Source: Squalus acanthias
Lineage: Eukaryota
Length of the DNA: 64,000 nucleotides
Assembly (NCBI GenBank): GCA_030390025.1
Contig: CM059433.1
Span: forward strand, 14,200,001 to 14,264,000
Direction: 5' to 3'
Positions 12,151 to 24,830 of this stretch are shown piece by piece. A program made the position numbers and the translations under genes. Under the pieces are notes generated by a model, which was not told where the DNA came from, did no database searches, and saw nothing but the letters and a program-made list of their open reading frames with translations. The number at the start of each line of letters is the position of its first letter. Positions within the stretch are counted from its first letter, which is position 1.

Positions 12151-12644
12151 ATAAATAAGGGTTAAAAATGATAAAAACTGCTGAAACTGCAAATGATAAA
12201 AACTGCTGAAACATATACCAAAAAGGGCGACTTGTCTCTCGATCCATACCACATCTGTGGTAATTTGCAAAGATGTCATAGGAAGTTTTCTCTTAAGTTG
12301 CAGTAATTGTTTATCCCGAGCCCTCAAGAAATAATTAGTATCAGAGAATGACAAAAATATTGAAAGTTTTTGTTTCTATTATTCCTAGTCTGAATCTTTT
12401 GAAATTTGAATTTAGATTTATATGAACAATTTTCCATATGTGTGTATCAAATTCACCTGTCCAATATCTTAACCTGTTAAGCCTACATAAGGAAAGTGTT
12501 AAGCATACTTAAGGTAATGTCACTCAAGGATATGTTGAGTATCAAAGGAATACAATTAGGCAGATGAAAAATAGGCTTGAAGTAACTTTGTACTTGTGGA
12601 TCCTTACAGATGGAAATATAAGATCAGGGATTCAGTTTTAGATG

Positions 12645-13379
12645 GGCCCAAAATTTGCGATCGGAGGCTTCCCGCGGGCGGAGGCCTCCGACCTGTAAAA
12701 AATCTACACATTTACCTGGTGGCCCGGGAGGTACGGAGACTCGCGATCCTGGGCCTCTCCGGGTACCCGTGGGTAGAGGCCCACGTATCCCAGGGGCGCC
12801 GGCGGTTCGCAAGCGCTCCTGGGATCACGTGGGCCGGCCCAACCAATAAAAGAAGGGAATCCCCATTCATACTTATGGGAGTTCCGTATGTACTGAAACC
12901 CCATAAGTATGAATGGGGTCACTTAAAAAATACACAAACACATGAAATTAAAAAAAAATATATATATTTAAAATTAATTAAAATGCCATTTAATTAAATA
13001 TTTTAAACAAAAATTTTATTTTTTGAAAAAGAAATGTATATGTTTTAACGGGGCTAAAAATAAACTTACCTCATTGGACAGGGTTTTCAATGTATAAATG
13101 AGTGATAACATTTTATTTTTCTATATTTTAAAATGCTTTTACCAGGCGTAAGAATTTCACGGGCATTCAGCGGGCAGAAGTTGGGCAAACAGCGCAACTC
13201 TCCACCCGCAGAGGCCCGTCTCCCAGGGATGCGGATGATCTGACAAGAGGATTCTTGACAGATCACAAGTTCCGGGTTTAAGCGCATGCGCTTCGCGCGC
13301 CTGAACCCGGAACTTGCACGGCCCCTACGGGCGCGTACACACCTCGTATGCACCCGTAGGGGTCGCAAAATATTTGCCC
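12645..13379 (+). mobile_element. Harbinger-type MITE family B
   Basis: TIR GGCCC-AAATTTGCGA type; likely TSD ATG; paralogous to 13927-14645 and 33141-33899; GC-rich arms with an AT-rich core. Confidence 0.85.
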
Positions 13380-13926
13380 ATGGAGCATGACACAAATTTT
13401 GGGACTGTCCTGATTTCAAGCAAATCAAGAAAACCCAAGGTTTTGCATTGGTCGAGAAGAATCTTCAGTAAGAGATATCACTTTTCTCTGCTGCGCACTT
13501 GGGACTTGACTCTCAGAGGCCCTCATAAATGTTAAGTTTAAATCTTGTAACATTCTGGCTTTCATGTTCAATTACTGTTGAGGGCACAATTACATTTTAA
13601 TCCATTTAAAATTCCAATGGGAAGGTACGAGAGTTATTTGATTGGCTTACGGAGAGACTAGAGACATTTTAACTAATTCACAATCATTTCACGCCTCATA
13701 CACGTTAGGTGGAATATTCCATTTACATGCTCGTAATATTAAATCGAGAATCAATGGCATTGTACAAGTGGGCATGATGGGATACAGCTTTTTATTTTTC
13801 TGACTGAGGGTATATTACACAAAAGTGCAGACAAGGATTAAGAGCAAAAAAGTCAACAGCAAGAAACACAAACGAACATTAGCACAACAACATCCAGTGA
13901 CTGTAGTTGCTGTAAAGAAAGATAAT

Positions 13927-14645
13927 GGGCCTGAATTTGCGATCGGAGACTTTCCGCGGGGCGAATGCCTCCGATCATTAAATTTTCTATGCATTTACCT
14001 GGGGGTCCGGGAGATACAGAGGCTCGCGATCCTGGGCCTCTCCTGGTAGAAATGCGCAGAGGCCCACGTATCCCAGGGGCGCAGGCGGTTCGCAAGCGCC
14101 CCTGGGATCACGTGGGCCAACCCAACCAATGAAAGAAGGGAATCCCCATTCATACTTATGGGAGTTCCGTACGTACAGAACTGTCAAAAGTATGAATGGG
14201 GATCACTTAAAAAATACACGAACACATAAAATAAATTTAAAAAAAACGTTACATATATAAAATTAATTAAAATGGCATTCAATTAAATATTTTAAACAAA
14301 AATTTGTTAAAAATAAACTTACCTTATTGGACAGGGTTTTTAATCTATAAGTGAGCGATAAAATTTTATTTTTCTATTTTTAAAGCTCTTATGGTACGCC
14401 TGCTTTTACCAGGCGTAAGAATTCCACGGCCTTTCAGCGGGCGGAAGTTGGGCAAATAGCGCAACTCTCCACCCGCAGAGGCCCATCTCCCGGGGATGCG
14501 GAGGATCTGTCAATAAGATTCTTGACAGATCGCAAGTGCCGGGTTTTCGCGCTTGCGCTTTACATGCCTAAACCCGGAACTTGCGTGGCTCCTACGGGCG
14601 CGTACACACCTTGTACGCACCCGTAGGGGTCGCAAAATACGGCCC
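13927..14645 (+). mobile_element. Harbinger-type MITE family B
   Basis: TIRs GGGCCTGAATTTGCGA / TCGCAAAATACGGCCC; perfect TSD AAT. Confidence 0.9.
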
Positions 14646-15511
14646 AATAAAGGTGGCCTCATGTAGTGATGTGAAAAAGATAGTAGAGGTCAGAGATCCC
14701 ATAAATGCTACAGTGGGAAACCCTCCTGTGCTCCCCTCTCTACCGCTCCTATCTTCTGAAAGGATATGTATTTTGACTGGAGAGAATAGCATTTTGGTGG
14801 ATTTACCTGATCTAAGTATTTTGAAAATGAAAGAACTTAGTGGTGTAAGTACTTTGAAAATGAAAATGTCACAATGTCACTGAATGAGGAAGGCTTTTCT
14901 GGTCATCCCATTTGATCCATTCAGGAAAATTTCACTTGAATAGGGAGACAAAGAAAGATAATTTAATGTTCCAGCATTCGGCTGTTGGATTCCACTCTTG
15001 GTGGGGGGTGGGGGTGGGGGGTGGGTGCACAGAGGAGGGGAGGGGAAATCTGATGCTGGAGTCAAGAAAACAGGGAGCAAAATGCTTCTGGGGGTGAGGT
15101 AGGCTGCAACGGCAGGATGGTTTGTGAGAGCGAAAATTGTGAGGCCCTGCACTAAGGCAAAGAGGTTAGGAATGCTGGAAAATACTTTGGAGACCTCTTG
15201 CTAAAGTCAAGTAAGACAACCCACTGAAGTGCAACTTTATTTTGCAGCATTTCACGGATGTAAGTTGTACCAATTAAACTAAAGAAATCTAATTATAACT
15301 ATTAGTCTGTACATTCTTCTTACTATGCAATAAAGGAGCTTAACAATTCAAACCAATTGAACTAAATTGCCGGGAGTCGGATCCTGGGCCAGAAGAAACA
15401 CACAAGGTAAGTTTCAAATTTATTTTTCAGGTTTTCTTGTGGGCCAGGAGGGGCAGGAGTGCTCCTTTGGGCCTCACAAGGCATCCTTGGTCCACCCTTG
15501 CACTGGGCTAC

Positions 15512-17196
15512 CCACCGATCCTGGCCCTGACCTCTCAGCCTCACCCCCTCCCGATCACGGCCCTGACCTCTCAGCCTCACTCCCACCCGATCCTGGCCCT
15601 GACTTCTCAGCCTCACTCCCACCCGATCATGGCCCTGACCTCTCAGCCTCACTCCCACCCGATCACGGCCCTGACCTCTCAGCCTCACCCCCTCCTGATC
15701 ACGGCCCTGACCTCTCAGCCTCACTCCTGCCCGATCACGGCCCTGACCTCTCAGCCTCACTCCCGCCCGATCACGGCCTTGACTTCTCAGCCTCACTCCC
15801 ACCCGATCACGGCCCTGACCTCTCAGCCTCACTCCCACCCGATCACGGCCCTGACCTCTCAGCCTCACTCCCACCCGATCACGGCCCTGACCTCTCAGCC
15901 TCACCCCCTCCCGATCACGGCCCTGACCTCTCAGCCTCACTCCCGCCCGATCACGGCCCTGACCTCTCAGCCTCACTCCCACCCGATCACGGCCCTGACC
16001 TCTCAGCCTCACCCCCTCCCGATCACGGCCCTGACCTCTCAGCCTCACTCCTGCCCGATCATGGCCCTGACCTCTCAGCCTCACTCCCTCCCGATCGCGG
16101 CCCTGACCTCTCAGCCTCACTCCTGCCCGATCACGGCCCTGACCTCTCAGCCTCACTCCCGCCCGATCACGGCCTTGACTTCTCAGCCTCACTCCCACCC
16201 GATCACGGCCCTGACCTCTCAGCCTCACTCCCACCCGATCACGGCCCTGACCTCTCAGCCTCACTCCCACCCGATCCTGGCCCTGACCTCTCAGCCTCAC
16301 CCCCTCCCGATCACGGCCCTGACCTCTCAGCCTCACTCCCACCCGATCCTGGCCCTGACTTCTCAGCCTCACTCCCACCCGATCATGGCCCTGACCTCTC
16401 AGCCTCACTCCCACCCGATCACGGCCCTGACCTCTCAGCCTCACCCCCTCCTGATCACGGCCCTGACCTCTCAGCCTCACTCCTGCCCGATCACGGCCCT
16501 GACCTCTCAGCCTCACTCCCGCCCGATCACGGCCTTGACTTCTCAGCCTCACTCCCACCCGATCACGGCCCTGACCTCTCAGCCTCACTCCCACCCGATC
16601 ACGGCCCTGACCTCTCAGCCTCACTCCCACCCGATCACGGCCCTGACCTCTCAGCCTCACCCCCTCCCGATCACGGCCCTGACCTCTCAGCCTCACTCCC
16701 GCCCGATCACGGCCCTGACCTCTCAGCCTCACTCCCACCCGATCACGGCCCTGACCTCTCAGCCTCACCCCCTCCCGATCACGGCCCTGACCTCTCAGCC
16801 TCACTCCCGCCCGATCACGGCCCTGACCTCTCAGCCTCACTCCTGCCCGATCATGGCCCTGACCTCTCAGCCTCACTCCCTCCCGATCGCGGCCCTGACC
16901 TCTCAGCCTCACTCCCTCCCGATCGCAGCCCTGACCTCTCAGCCTCACTCCTGCCCGATCGCAGCCCTGACCTCTCAGCCTCACTCCCGCCCGATCACGG
17001 CCCTGACCTCTCAGCCTCACTCCTGCCCGATCACGGCCCTGACCTCTCAGCCTCACTCCTGCCTGATCGCAGCCCTGACCTCTCAGCCTCACTCCCGCCC
17101 GATCACGGCCCTGACCTCTCAGCCTCACTCCTGCCCGATCACGGCCCTGACCTCTCAGCCTCACTCCCACCCGATCCTGGCCCTGACCTCTCAGCC
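15512..17196. repeat. 36-bp minisatellite, ~47 copies (consensus CCCGATCACGGCCCTGACCTCTCAGCCTCACTCCCA)
   Basis: Direct reading; 12-aa periodicity in three ORF-track frames; flanked by MITE-like sequence (about 15365-15510 and 17200-17491). Confidence 0.97.
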
Positions 17197-17737
17197 GCAC
17201 CCCTGCCGAAATGTGGCACCGCCCTCTGAGACACTGCCGCCCCTCCCGATCGCAGTTCCAAGCTGTTCCCCCATTAGCTGCCAGAGACGGTCTCCACGGG
17301 TCCCCGGCTGCGGCCTCCTGATGCTTGTTTGTGCTCCTGCCTGCTGACCAGGCTGTCAGTCTGGCCGGCTGTTGGGTGGTAGACTGTAGCATGTTATTTA
17401 AATGAGACCCTGCTGGTAAGATTAGCCGGGTCTCTGCATCTCCAGCTTTTCGACGCACTACCGTGCACCCCTCCCCATTAATATCGAGGCCATGGTATCG
17501 AGTTCAGATCACAAGAGGATGCTATCGTTATGTCTCTGGGTTACATTATATAGGGCAGTGTAAGTCAACTCCCACAACAGTAAGATGCTCAAACCGCTTA
17601 AGCGAGCGCATGACGCCACTGAACCTGAGCAGGTATTTATGACAAACCTGAATACGTGACGTCAGCATTGTAACATGGCGAGAAGAAAGTGGATCAAATT
17701 TGAGTTGTCCATTACTGTCACAAGTTGTGCTGGCCTT

Positions 17738-17785
17738 AGGAACATAGGAACATAAGAACAGGAGTAGGCTATTCAGCCCGTCGAG
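17738..17785 (-). mobile_element. Short CR1 3' tail
   Basis: (taggaaca/taagaaca)n followed by ggagtaggctattcagcccgtcgagc. Confidence 0.6.
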
Positions 17786-18209
17786 CGGGTTTTTACGATA
17801 ATCCGATAGTTTCATGGTCACTGACATGAATCTTGTCATTCATGTGGAAATGACTTATGAAATAATACTGGGCGGCCTGCTGGTGGCGCTGTCCAGGGAG
17901 AGTATAAATACTCGGGCATGGGCCCAGCTTGCTCAGGACATTCTTTAACAGGAACTAGTGAAGGACACAACTAGATCTCCATGTTGAAAAACAGTTGATT
18001 AAAGCTTTGTTTAACTCTTAGACCAAGTGCCTAGTAGTTTTCTTACATCAGTCACCATTACTGATACTAGCTTTTTATTCCAGATTTATTTAATTAATTG
18101 CATTTAAATTCTCCATGGGATGATGGGATTTGAACTCATGCTCATGAATCATTAGTCCAGGCCTCTGGATTACTAGTCCAGTAACATAACTACTATGCTA
18201 CCGTACCCC
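17786..18209 (-). mobile_element. 5' part of a second tRNA-derived SINE family, interrupted by a solo LTR
   Basis: Minus strand reads gggtacggtagcatagtagtt (A box)...gagttcaaatccc (B box); the sequence is continuous across the 17822-18050 insertion. Confidence 0.7.
17822..18050 (+). mobile_element. Small solo LTR (229 bp)
   Basis: TGACATGAA...TTACATCA termini; perfect 5-bp TSD GTCAC (17817-17821, 18051-18055); TATAAATA 17903-17910; ATTAAA 17998-18003. Confidence 0.8.
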
Positions 18210-18244
18210 TGCCCCATGCCTCAGAATTAACCACCATTTTCAAT

Positions 18245-18759
18245 TTAACCCTGGCCGCCCGGGTTTCCCAGGCCTCGTGAAACCCGTTGGCTAAAAGGAT
18301 GCAAGGACTGCTGGGTCCAGCAGGTAAGTGCCTTTCCACTTACCTGCTGGATCCAGTATATCTGCTTTGCCCACCAACCGCGATCGGATACCCTCCCCAA
18401 CCCTTCTGATCTCACCCCCGCGGCCCCGACCCTTCCGATCTTCCCCCATGAACCTTCCGATCTACCCCCCAATTCTTCCAATCTCTCCCCCCGACTCTTC
18501 CGATCTCCCCCCGAGACCTCTGATCCCTTGCTCCCTCCTCTCTACTCCCCGGCTGTAGCCTGGTGCCAAAGGCCTACCCGCCCAACAGCCAGCCAGCCTC
18601 TCAATCTGGCTGGCTGCAGCCAGGAAACGGAGACAAAAAATGTTAATCAGGTCCAGCCATTAAATATGGCAGGACCTGATGGAACCCTGTTCTTCCGGGA
18701 TTCCTAACCTCAAAACAGCACCCCCTCTCCCTCCCTGCCTCTGAGCTAATATTGGGGCC
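18245..18759. mobile_element. MITE-like fragment with internal ccgatct micro-repeats
   Basis: Ends in aatattggggcc like other TIRs; shares motifs with the minisatellite flanks. Confidence 0.5.
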
Positions 18760-18761
18760 TA

Positions 18762-18834
18762 AAGTTAACTCTGTTTCTCTCTCCACAGATGTTGCCTGAC
18801 TTGCTGAGCATTTCCAGCATTTTCTGGTTTATTC
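18762..18834 (+). mobile_element. Single arm of the PLE-terminal repeat
   Basis: gttaactctgtttctctctccacagatg...ttccagcattttctg matches 57031-57102. Confidence 0.75.
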
Positions 18835-19009
18835 AACGTTAAACACCGTCAACAATATTGCCAGATTTCTTCCAACATCACCTTAGCTATTTCAACACCA
18901 TTCACTCAGTATGTTATATTACTTATTTTTTCCCCTACATATGCAAGTAAGTTTCAGTTCTATGACTTTTATTTTTCTAACACCTTAACAATTAATTTTA
19001 TTGGGTTCC

Positions 19010-20155
19010 CCCCAGTTAGCATAGCAATTGAATGCATCATATGATGTGGTACTGAGCTACACAGAGTAGGAGGGTCCCAAGTTTGATTCTTAGGGGGAGA
19101 AGTTCAGTAGCGCCCAGGAAGAGGCGCTAACTTTTGAGAAGTTGGAAATTTAGCGCCAGGCACTAATCAATCTCGCTGCCCGCTAAATTCAGTCTCAGCG
19201 CTCAAAGAATGCAGGGGAGCGTTAAATCAGGCGCTAATGGCATAGGTGAGTGGCGTTAGGCTCCAAGTGATAACGAATATGAGGTGTTGTGTAATCGGAA
19301 GTGAGCATTGGCGCAGGCGCCTTCCAGCCATTAAAGGGGAGGGTGACTGGAGTCTGCACACCAGCCCCCAATGATTCGGGGAGTACAGAACGGCGATATG
19401 CTGTGAGATGAAATGCAAAGCGCTTTGACGTCCCGCAACGCTCCGGGGACTAAACAGCCTTTATTTGGCTACAGATACATCCTGCGCTCTCTGCCACTCA
19501 TAACTGACCTTTGGAACGGAAGTTCCTTGACAGCTGGGGCACATCACTTTAAGTAGCGCCCCCGCCAGCCGGCTGGTACACGCCTCCGCTCCCTGGCGCT
19601 GTTGGCGTGAGGCGGTAAGGCAGAGGGCGCTACTGAAGTTTGCAGATCGGGCGCCCAGCGAGCGTTGTACACTCGCTGACGTCACGATCTACATGGCGAA
19701 AGAGACCGAGATGCTAACTGTTATCGCCGGTGCTATGGTGCCGGCGAATTTGCCGTGCGACACAGGATTTTCCCTGCCGCGGCGCTACTGCCTGAGCACC
19801 CCCGCCAGGCGCTAATGCGGGCACTAACCTACTGAATTTCGCCCCCCTAGTCTTTGCGAAACAAGCTGACCTCAGGCGGGATGGCAATAGAACACTTGAA
19901 AATGGCTTCAGTGATTCTGGGCAGGGAAGGTGAAAAATAAATCAAACAGGCTTCTTACACTCACTCTACTCACTGTCTCGTGATAGCTACTGGAAAGTGC
20001 TCATGTATGGACATCGATTGAGGATAGGATTGAACTCAGCAGTGATGCCCCTATGAATCTAATTGCTCTGACACTGTCTAAGCTCACATATAAAGAATGG
20101 CCACTTGGGTACAGTAGTGAAGGGCTACTGTTGCCCGTGGAATCACAGCCACCAT
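19010..20155 (+). mobile_element. Ancient tRNA-derived SINE (AmnSINE2-like) split by a MITE
   Basis: gtggtactgagctacacagagtaggagggtcccaag...ctggaaagtgc...gctcacatataaagaatggccacttggg resembles the recalled AmnSINE2 consensus; a second copy lies at 21650-23303. Confidence 0.55.
19093..19847. mobile_element. Harbinger-type MITE (relative of family A)
   Basis: TIRs GGGGGAGAAGTTCAGTAG / CTACTGAATTTCGCCCCC; TTA/CTA or TAG/TAG flanks; many TAGCGCC motifs. Confidence 0.8.
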
Positions 20156-20175
20156 TAATCATTCTCTTCAGGAGT

Positions 20176-20458
20176 GGGGGGGGCGGATGAGATTGGTCTA
20201 TGCCAAAAGGGCTCATAGCGAATCGGCAGCCAGATTTTCACTGCGCCCGATCTTCCTTCCACTGAAGCTCACAGAACGAGAGTTCAAGCTCTTTCTGAGA
20301 CTCGACTAGTTTCACCGTCGGTTTTACTTGGTTTGAAATTAAAAATCTTGGCAATACTTTCCAAGTCAATGGAAAATAAAAACTGGCGCTGTGTACAACG
20401 GGGCTGCCGATTTGCTATCGCCCGTTTTGCGCAACTAGCGTCGACCAATTTCACCCCC
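20176..20458. mobile_element. Small MITE with long inverted arms
   Basis: atagcgaatcggcagcc (20216) versus ggctgccgatttgctat (20402); GGGGG...CCCCC ends. Confidence 0.55.
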
Positions 20459-20559
20459 ACACAGAGAAAATCAGCACAAAGATGTCAATTTTTCAACATT
20501 TCAAAAGTTCACATTTCTTTTACAGTAGACTCCCTGATGTTCCTTTAGCAGAAGCAGAA

Positions 20560-20970
20560 GAATGAAGAAATAGGGAGCAGGAGCAGGCCATTCGGCCCCT
20601 CGAGCCTGCTCCGCCATTTAATGAGCTCATGGCTGATCTGATCTTGGGCTCAGCTCCATTTCCCTGCCCACTCCCCATAACCCATCACTCCCTTATTGTT
20701 CAAAAATCTGTCTATCTCTACCTTAAATATATTCAATGACCCAGCCTCCACAGCTCTCTGGGGCAGAGAAATCCACAGATTTACGACCCTCTGAGAGAAG
20801 AAATTCCTCCTCATCTCCGATTTAAATGGGCGACCCCTTATTCTGAAACTATGTCCCCTAGTTCCAGATTCCCTCACGAGGGGAAACATCCTCTCTGCAT
20901 CTACCTTGTCGAGCCCCCTCAGAATCTTATATGTTTCAATAAGATCACCTCTCATTCTTCTAAACTCCAA
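20560..20970 (-). mobile_element. CR1 LINE 3' fragment
   Basis: LEFRRMRGDLIETYKIL...RNFFSQRVVNLW plus CR1 3'UTR. Confidence 0.92.
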
Positions 20971-21734
20971 GCCTAATATAAAAAAAAACTCCTGGGGAGA
21001 CCTAAAAAAGATACAAAGAAGGATAATATAACAAATATGAATTGCTTTTAGTGGAGAACAACAAATGACTCTCAAGGAGGAACTGTCATCTTGAAAATGT
21101 GCTGTAAAAACATTAAAGGCCTTGAGATTTAAAGCTTTGTTCTGTTGAGGTTGAAAGGTAAAATGTCAACTCCAAAGGTTCTATTTCATCTCTAATTTTC
21201 TCTGGCTCTAATCTTTTCTTTTATTATGAATTATTAAAGCTGAGCACGGTGGATCCGCCAGGCAATGTAGACACGGGAGTGCATTTCCTATGATACATTT
21301 GTCAGCTTGCAAGTTGAGAAATTTAAACACAACATAACTGCTGAGTGTGTAGGTTGGTATCTCTAAATTCATAAGCAATTCTACAGGAGTTTTGAAATTT
21401 TTTTTAAAAATCGGATGAATTTTTTATGGGAGGGCAGCGGCTCACCATTGTGCATTGGGATGATTGCAGTAACAACGTGTAGGTCAAGGCTGCAGGTGAG
21501 GTAAATCTCAACTGATTAGATTCCGCTCTTTTAATGCAGTTATGGCCCGTTGCTAACAGATCTTCAAAATCTGTACTTTCCATTGACGTAATAGATACTT
21601 AAAAGATGTTGCTTCCCAAATTTTCTTTGGTTTAGAAGGTAAATGCACTATCTAGTGTAGTACTGAGCCATATAGCGTAGGAAAATCCCAAGTCTGACCA
21701 CTGGGCTATGCTCAGTTGATGATTTAGATTGAGG

Positions 21735-22775
21735 CATAGGGAGCACGAACTTAAAATTTGCTGATGATACTAAAGTAGGTAATAAACCAAGAGCGAGGGG
21801 AACAATGAAAGACTGCAGGAAGACAAAGGTTAGCGGAATGAGCAGACAGGCGGCCAATGCAATTTAATAATGATTAGTGTGAGGTAGTACATTTTGGGAA
21901 GAAAAGCAAGGATTGGGAATATGCACCCAATGGAAAGAGGCTGAAGGGTGTGGATGAATAGAGAGACTCGGGTTCAATTACATAAATCCCCAAAAGTGCA
22001 AGTGCAGGTAGATAAAGCCATAAAATAGGCCAACAGCATTTTGGGCTTTGCATATAGGGGCATTGGGGTGAATTTTTGCAGAGGTTCACCTGCTTCTCCA
22101 CTGTTACTTCGGCGGAAACGTCATTTATGCCATTTTCCCAGGGTTCCCATGGCTCTTCCGCCAAAGTTACAGTGGATGAGTGGGAGAACCCCCTAGGAAA
22201 CGTATGCCTTAGAGTAAAAAAGTAATGATAAACTTGTACGGATTGTTGGCTAGGCGTCAATTAGAGTATTGCGTGTAGTTTTGGTTGGCCCATTATAAAA
22301 AAGGGCACTAAAGCCACGTACAATGTAGATTCACCAGGATGGTGCCAGGGATAGGAAACTATAGTTATGAGGAGAGACTTGAGATACCCGAGAGTATTTC
22401 CACTGGAGCAGAAATGCTAATAGGAGATTTAATAGAGGTTTTTAAAATTATGAAGGGTTTTGATAAAGAAAATAAGGAAAGACCATTTCCACTAGTTGGG
22501 GATTAAGTCGTCAACTTAAAACTGTCACTTAAAGAGGAAGGAAAGAGGTTAGGAAAAATGTCTTTATACAGAGAATTGTTGGAGCACGGAATTCTTTGCC
22601 ACTGGGAGTGGTTGAGCCAGAGGCCATTGCATCTTGAAAGGGAAAACTGGATAAGTATTTGAAGCAGAGGAAGATACAAGGCAGTGGGATTAGTTTTGAA
22701 TTTCATTAGAAAAAAGATGGTCCCGATACAATGGGCTGAATGGTCTCCCTCTGTCCTGTAAATGTCTATTGCTCT
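21735..22775 (+). mobile_element. Old CR1 LINE fragment inside an AmnSINE2-like relic; contains a small hairpin MITE (22064-22200)
   Basis: aaatttgctgatgatactaaagtaggt = KFADDTKVG; degenerate ORF2 through the 3' tail. Confidence 0.75.
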
Positions 22776-22831
22776 ATTATGCTTACACATGAAGAATAGC
22801 CACTTGGATAAGGTACTGGAGGGCTACCATT

Positions 22832-23208
22832 CAAACATACAAAATTCTTACACGGCTTAACAGGGTAGATGCAGGGAGGATGTTTCCCCTGGCTGGGGAG
22901 TCTAGAACCAGGGGTCACAGTCTCAGAATAAGGGGTCGGCCATTTAGGACTGAGATGAGGAAAAATGTCTTCACTCAGAGGGTGGTGAATCTTTGGAATT
23001 CTCTACCCCAGAGGGCTGTGGAGGCTCAGTCATTGAGTATATTCAAGACAGAGATCGATAGATTTTTGAATATTAAGGGAATCAAGGGATATGGGGATAG
23101 TGCAGGAAAGTGGAGTTGAGGCAGAAGATCAGCCATGATCTTATTGAATGGCGGAGCAGGCTCGAGGGGCCAAATGGCCGACTCCTGCTCCTATTTCTTA
23201 AGTTCTTA
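22832..23208 (+). mobile_element. Young CR1 LINE 3' fragment flanked by 95-bp direct repeats
   Basis: MFPLAGESRTRGHSLRIRGRPF...; repeats at 22737-22831 and 23209-23303. Confidence 0.92.
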
Positions 23209-23317
23209 TGAATGGTCTCCCTCTGTGCTGTAAATGTCTATTGCTCTATAATGCTCACACATGAAGAATAGCCACTTGGATAAGGTACTGGAGGGCTACC
23301 ATTGTCTGTAAAACCAT

Positions 23318-23714
23318 GGCCCTGATTTTAATGGGGGTGTCGGTCAGAAGAGAGCACCCGAGCCCCGACAGCGCACCTGGACACAACTGAGGGGTCATCG
23401 GGACCCGATCTGCACATTTAAAGAGAACCCTGCTGCCTCCTGTGGGTGTCCTGCTCAAAAGAGCAAGTTATCATTGGGACACATCGGGATGAAAGAAAGA
23501 CTTGCATTTCTATAGCGCCTTTCACGACTTCAGGAGGTCCCAAAGCGCTTTACAGCCAATGAAGTACTTTTGAAGTGTAGTCACTGTTGTAATGTAGGAA
23601 AGGCAGCAGAATCAGTGGGATAAGTCGCTGCCCTCAATTTAACTGTTCCCCCCCCCCCCACCCCCCGCCGCCCAACCCGGTTTCCGCCAGGCCGGAGGAG
23701 CTAAAACCTGGGCC
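23318..23714. mobile_element. MITE containing a SINE 3' tail (23490-23610, minus strand)
   Basis: TIRs GGCCCTGATTTTAA / CTAAAACCTGGGCC; TSD CAT. Confidence 0.7.
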
Positions 23715-24489
23715 CATATCTCAGCAAGGAGGGGAGAGAATTGTGGTACAAAAGAAACAAAATTAAGGAATACTGATATTTCTGTGGCATAGTCCCAACA
23801 TAATGTTATACATTCTAAAATGATCTGAGAAGAGTTTGCCACGGTTTAAATAAGTGACAGTGATAAAGTATTGTGTGATGTACTGTCAGGAGATTTTCAA
23901 CTCACCCAATAGCCCACAGGATACAACGTTAATATACATCAGACTGAGAGCAAGCTAGCTCGTCCTGCATTCCAAACAAATCCTACCATTTCATAAGCGA
24001 CGCCGTCACACAAGGTTTTCTGGCCTTTTCCCTCGTGTTTGCTCAATGTGAAAATAATGGGTGTAATTTTAGCACCAGTGTGACAAATGCACTGAATTGT
24101 ATTAGATGCTATGGCCTTTTGTTTTTCCTTTTTTAAGTGAAGGGTAATTATTCTAATGGCTAATATTAAGGTGTGACATGCATTGCATGTTTGGCGGTGT
24201 CTCTCTGATTGCATTCTTTTGTATTTTAATTACATGGGCCATTAGAATACAATTGGATGATGCACTTGTTTATGCTTCAATGCATTTACTCCCCACAAAA
24301 AGAGATATAATTGGACATAAATTACAGGATCACTTGGCCACTAGACATAGTTATTGTTGTAGTAAATGGACTAAAGGTACTGAAAGAGTATATACAAGTT
24401 GCAGTGGTTTTTAAGCATAAACATGTTTCTTCTTGACTGATTTGTCCAGAAAATGTCTTTCATTGACAGTTCTGAATTAAAATCATAAC

Positions 24490-24830
24490 AGGAGGGCTGG
24501 GTGGTGCATTGAGTTAAAGCACTTTTACCGAGGGAATCTGAGCTTGAATCTAACATTACTAAAAAGGTTTTGAAATCTCTTTTCTCTGATGGCTGTACTG
24601 GTCTTAAGTAAAATTAGTATGTGTTGTCTCAAACCAGTACCGACTGAGAATTGGCAGCACAAATCTACCCACACTAATCAGCATTAATCTTTCAATCACG
24701 CTCGGCAAGGTTACAAGAAAAAAAGCACAGAAGTTGTTAGCTTCCAGAGAACAGGCGGTACCTCAGATAAATGACCAGCGATGGGGGAGGTTGGCAGCAG
24801 GCGGACAGTCTATCTCACTCAATGCCACGA
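24490..24830 (+). mobile_element. Possible LF-SINE-like ancient SINE relic
   Basis: Degenerate tRNA-like head followed by ctgatggctgt...gtctcaaaccagt; resembles 54800-54938(-) and the recalled LF-SINE consensus. Confidence 0.35.

Noticed and set aside
15512..17196. CRISPR-like array (36-bp repeats)
   Set aside because: Units are contiguous with no unique spacers, there are no cas genes, and the context is eukaryotic.
15362..17458. Three overlapping 620-698 aa ORFs
   Set aside because: Artefact of a 36-bp tandem repeat that is stop-free in those frames; low complexity, open on both strands, no gene context.
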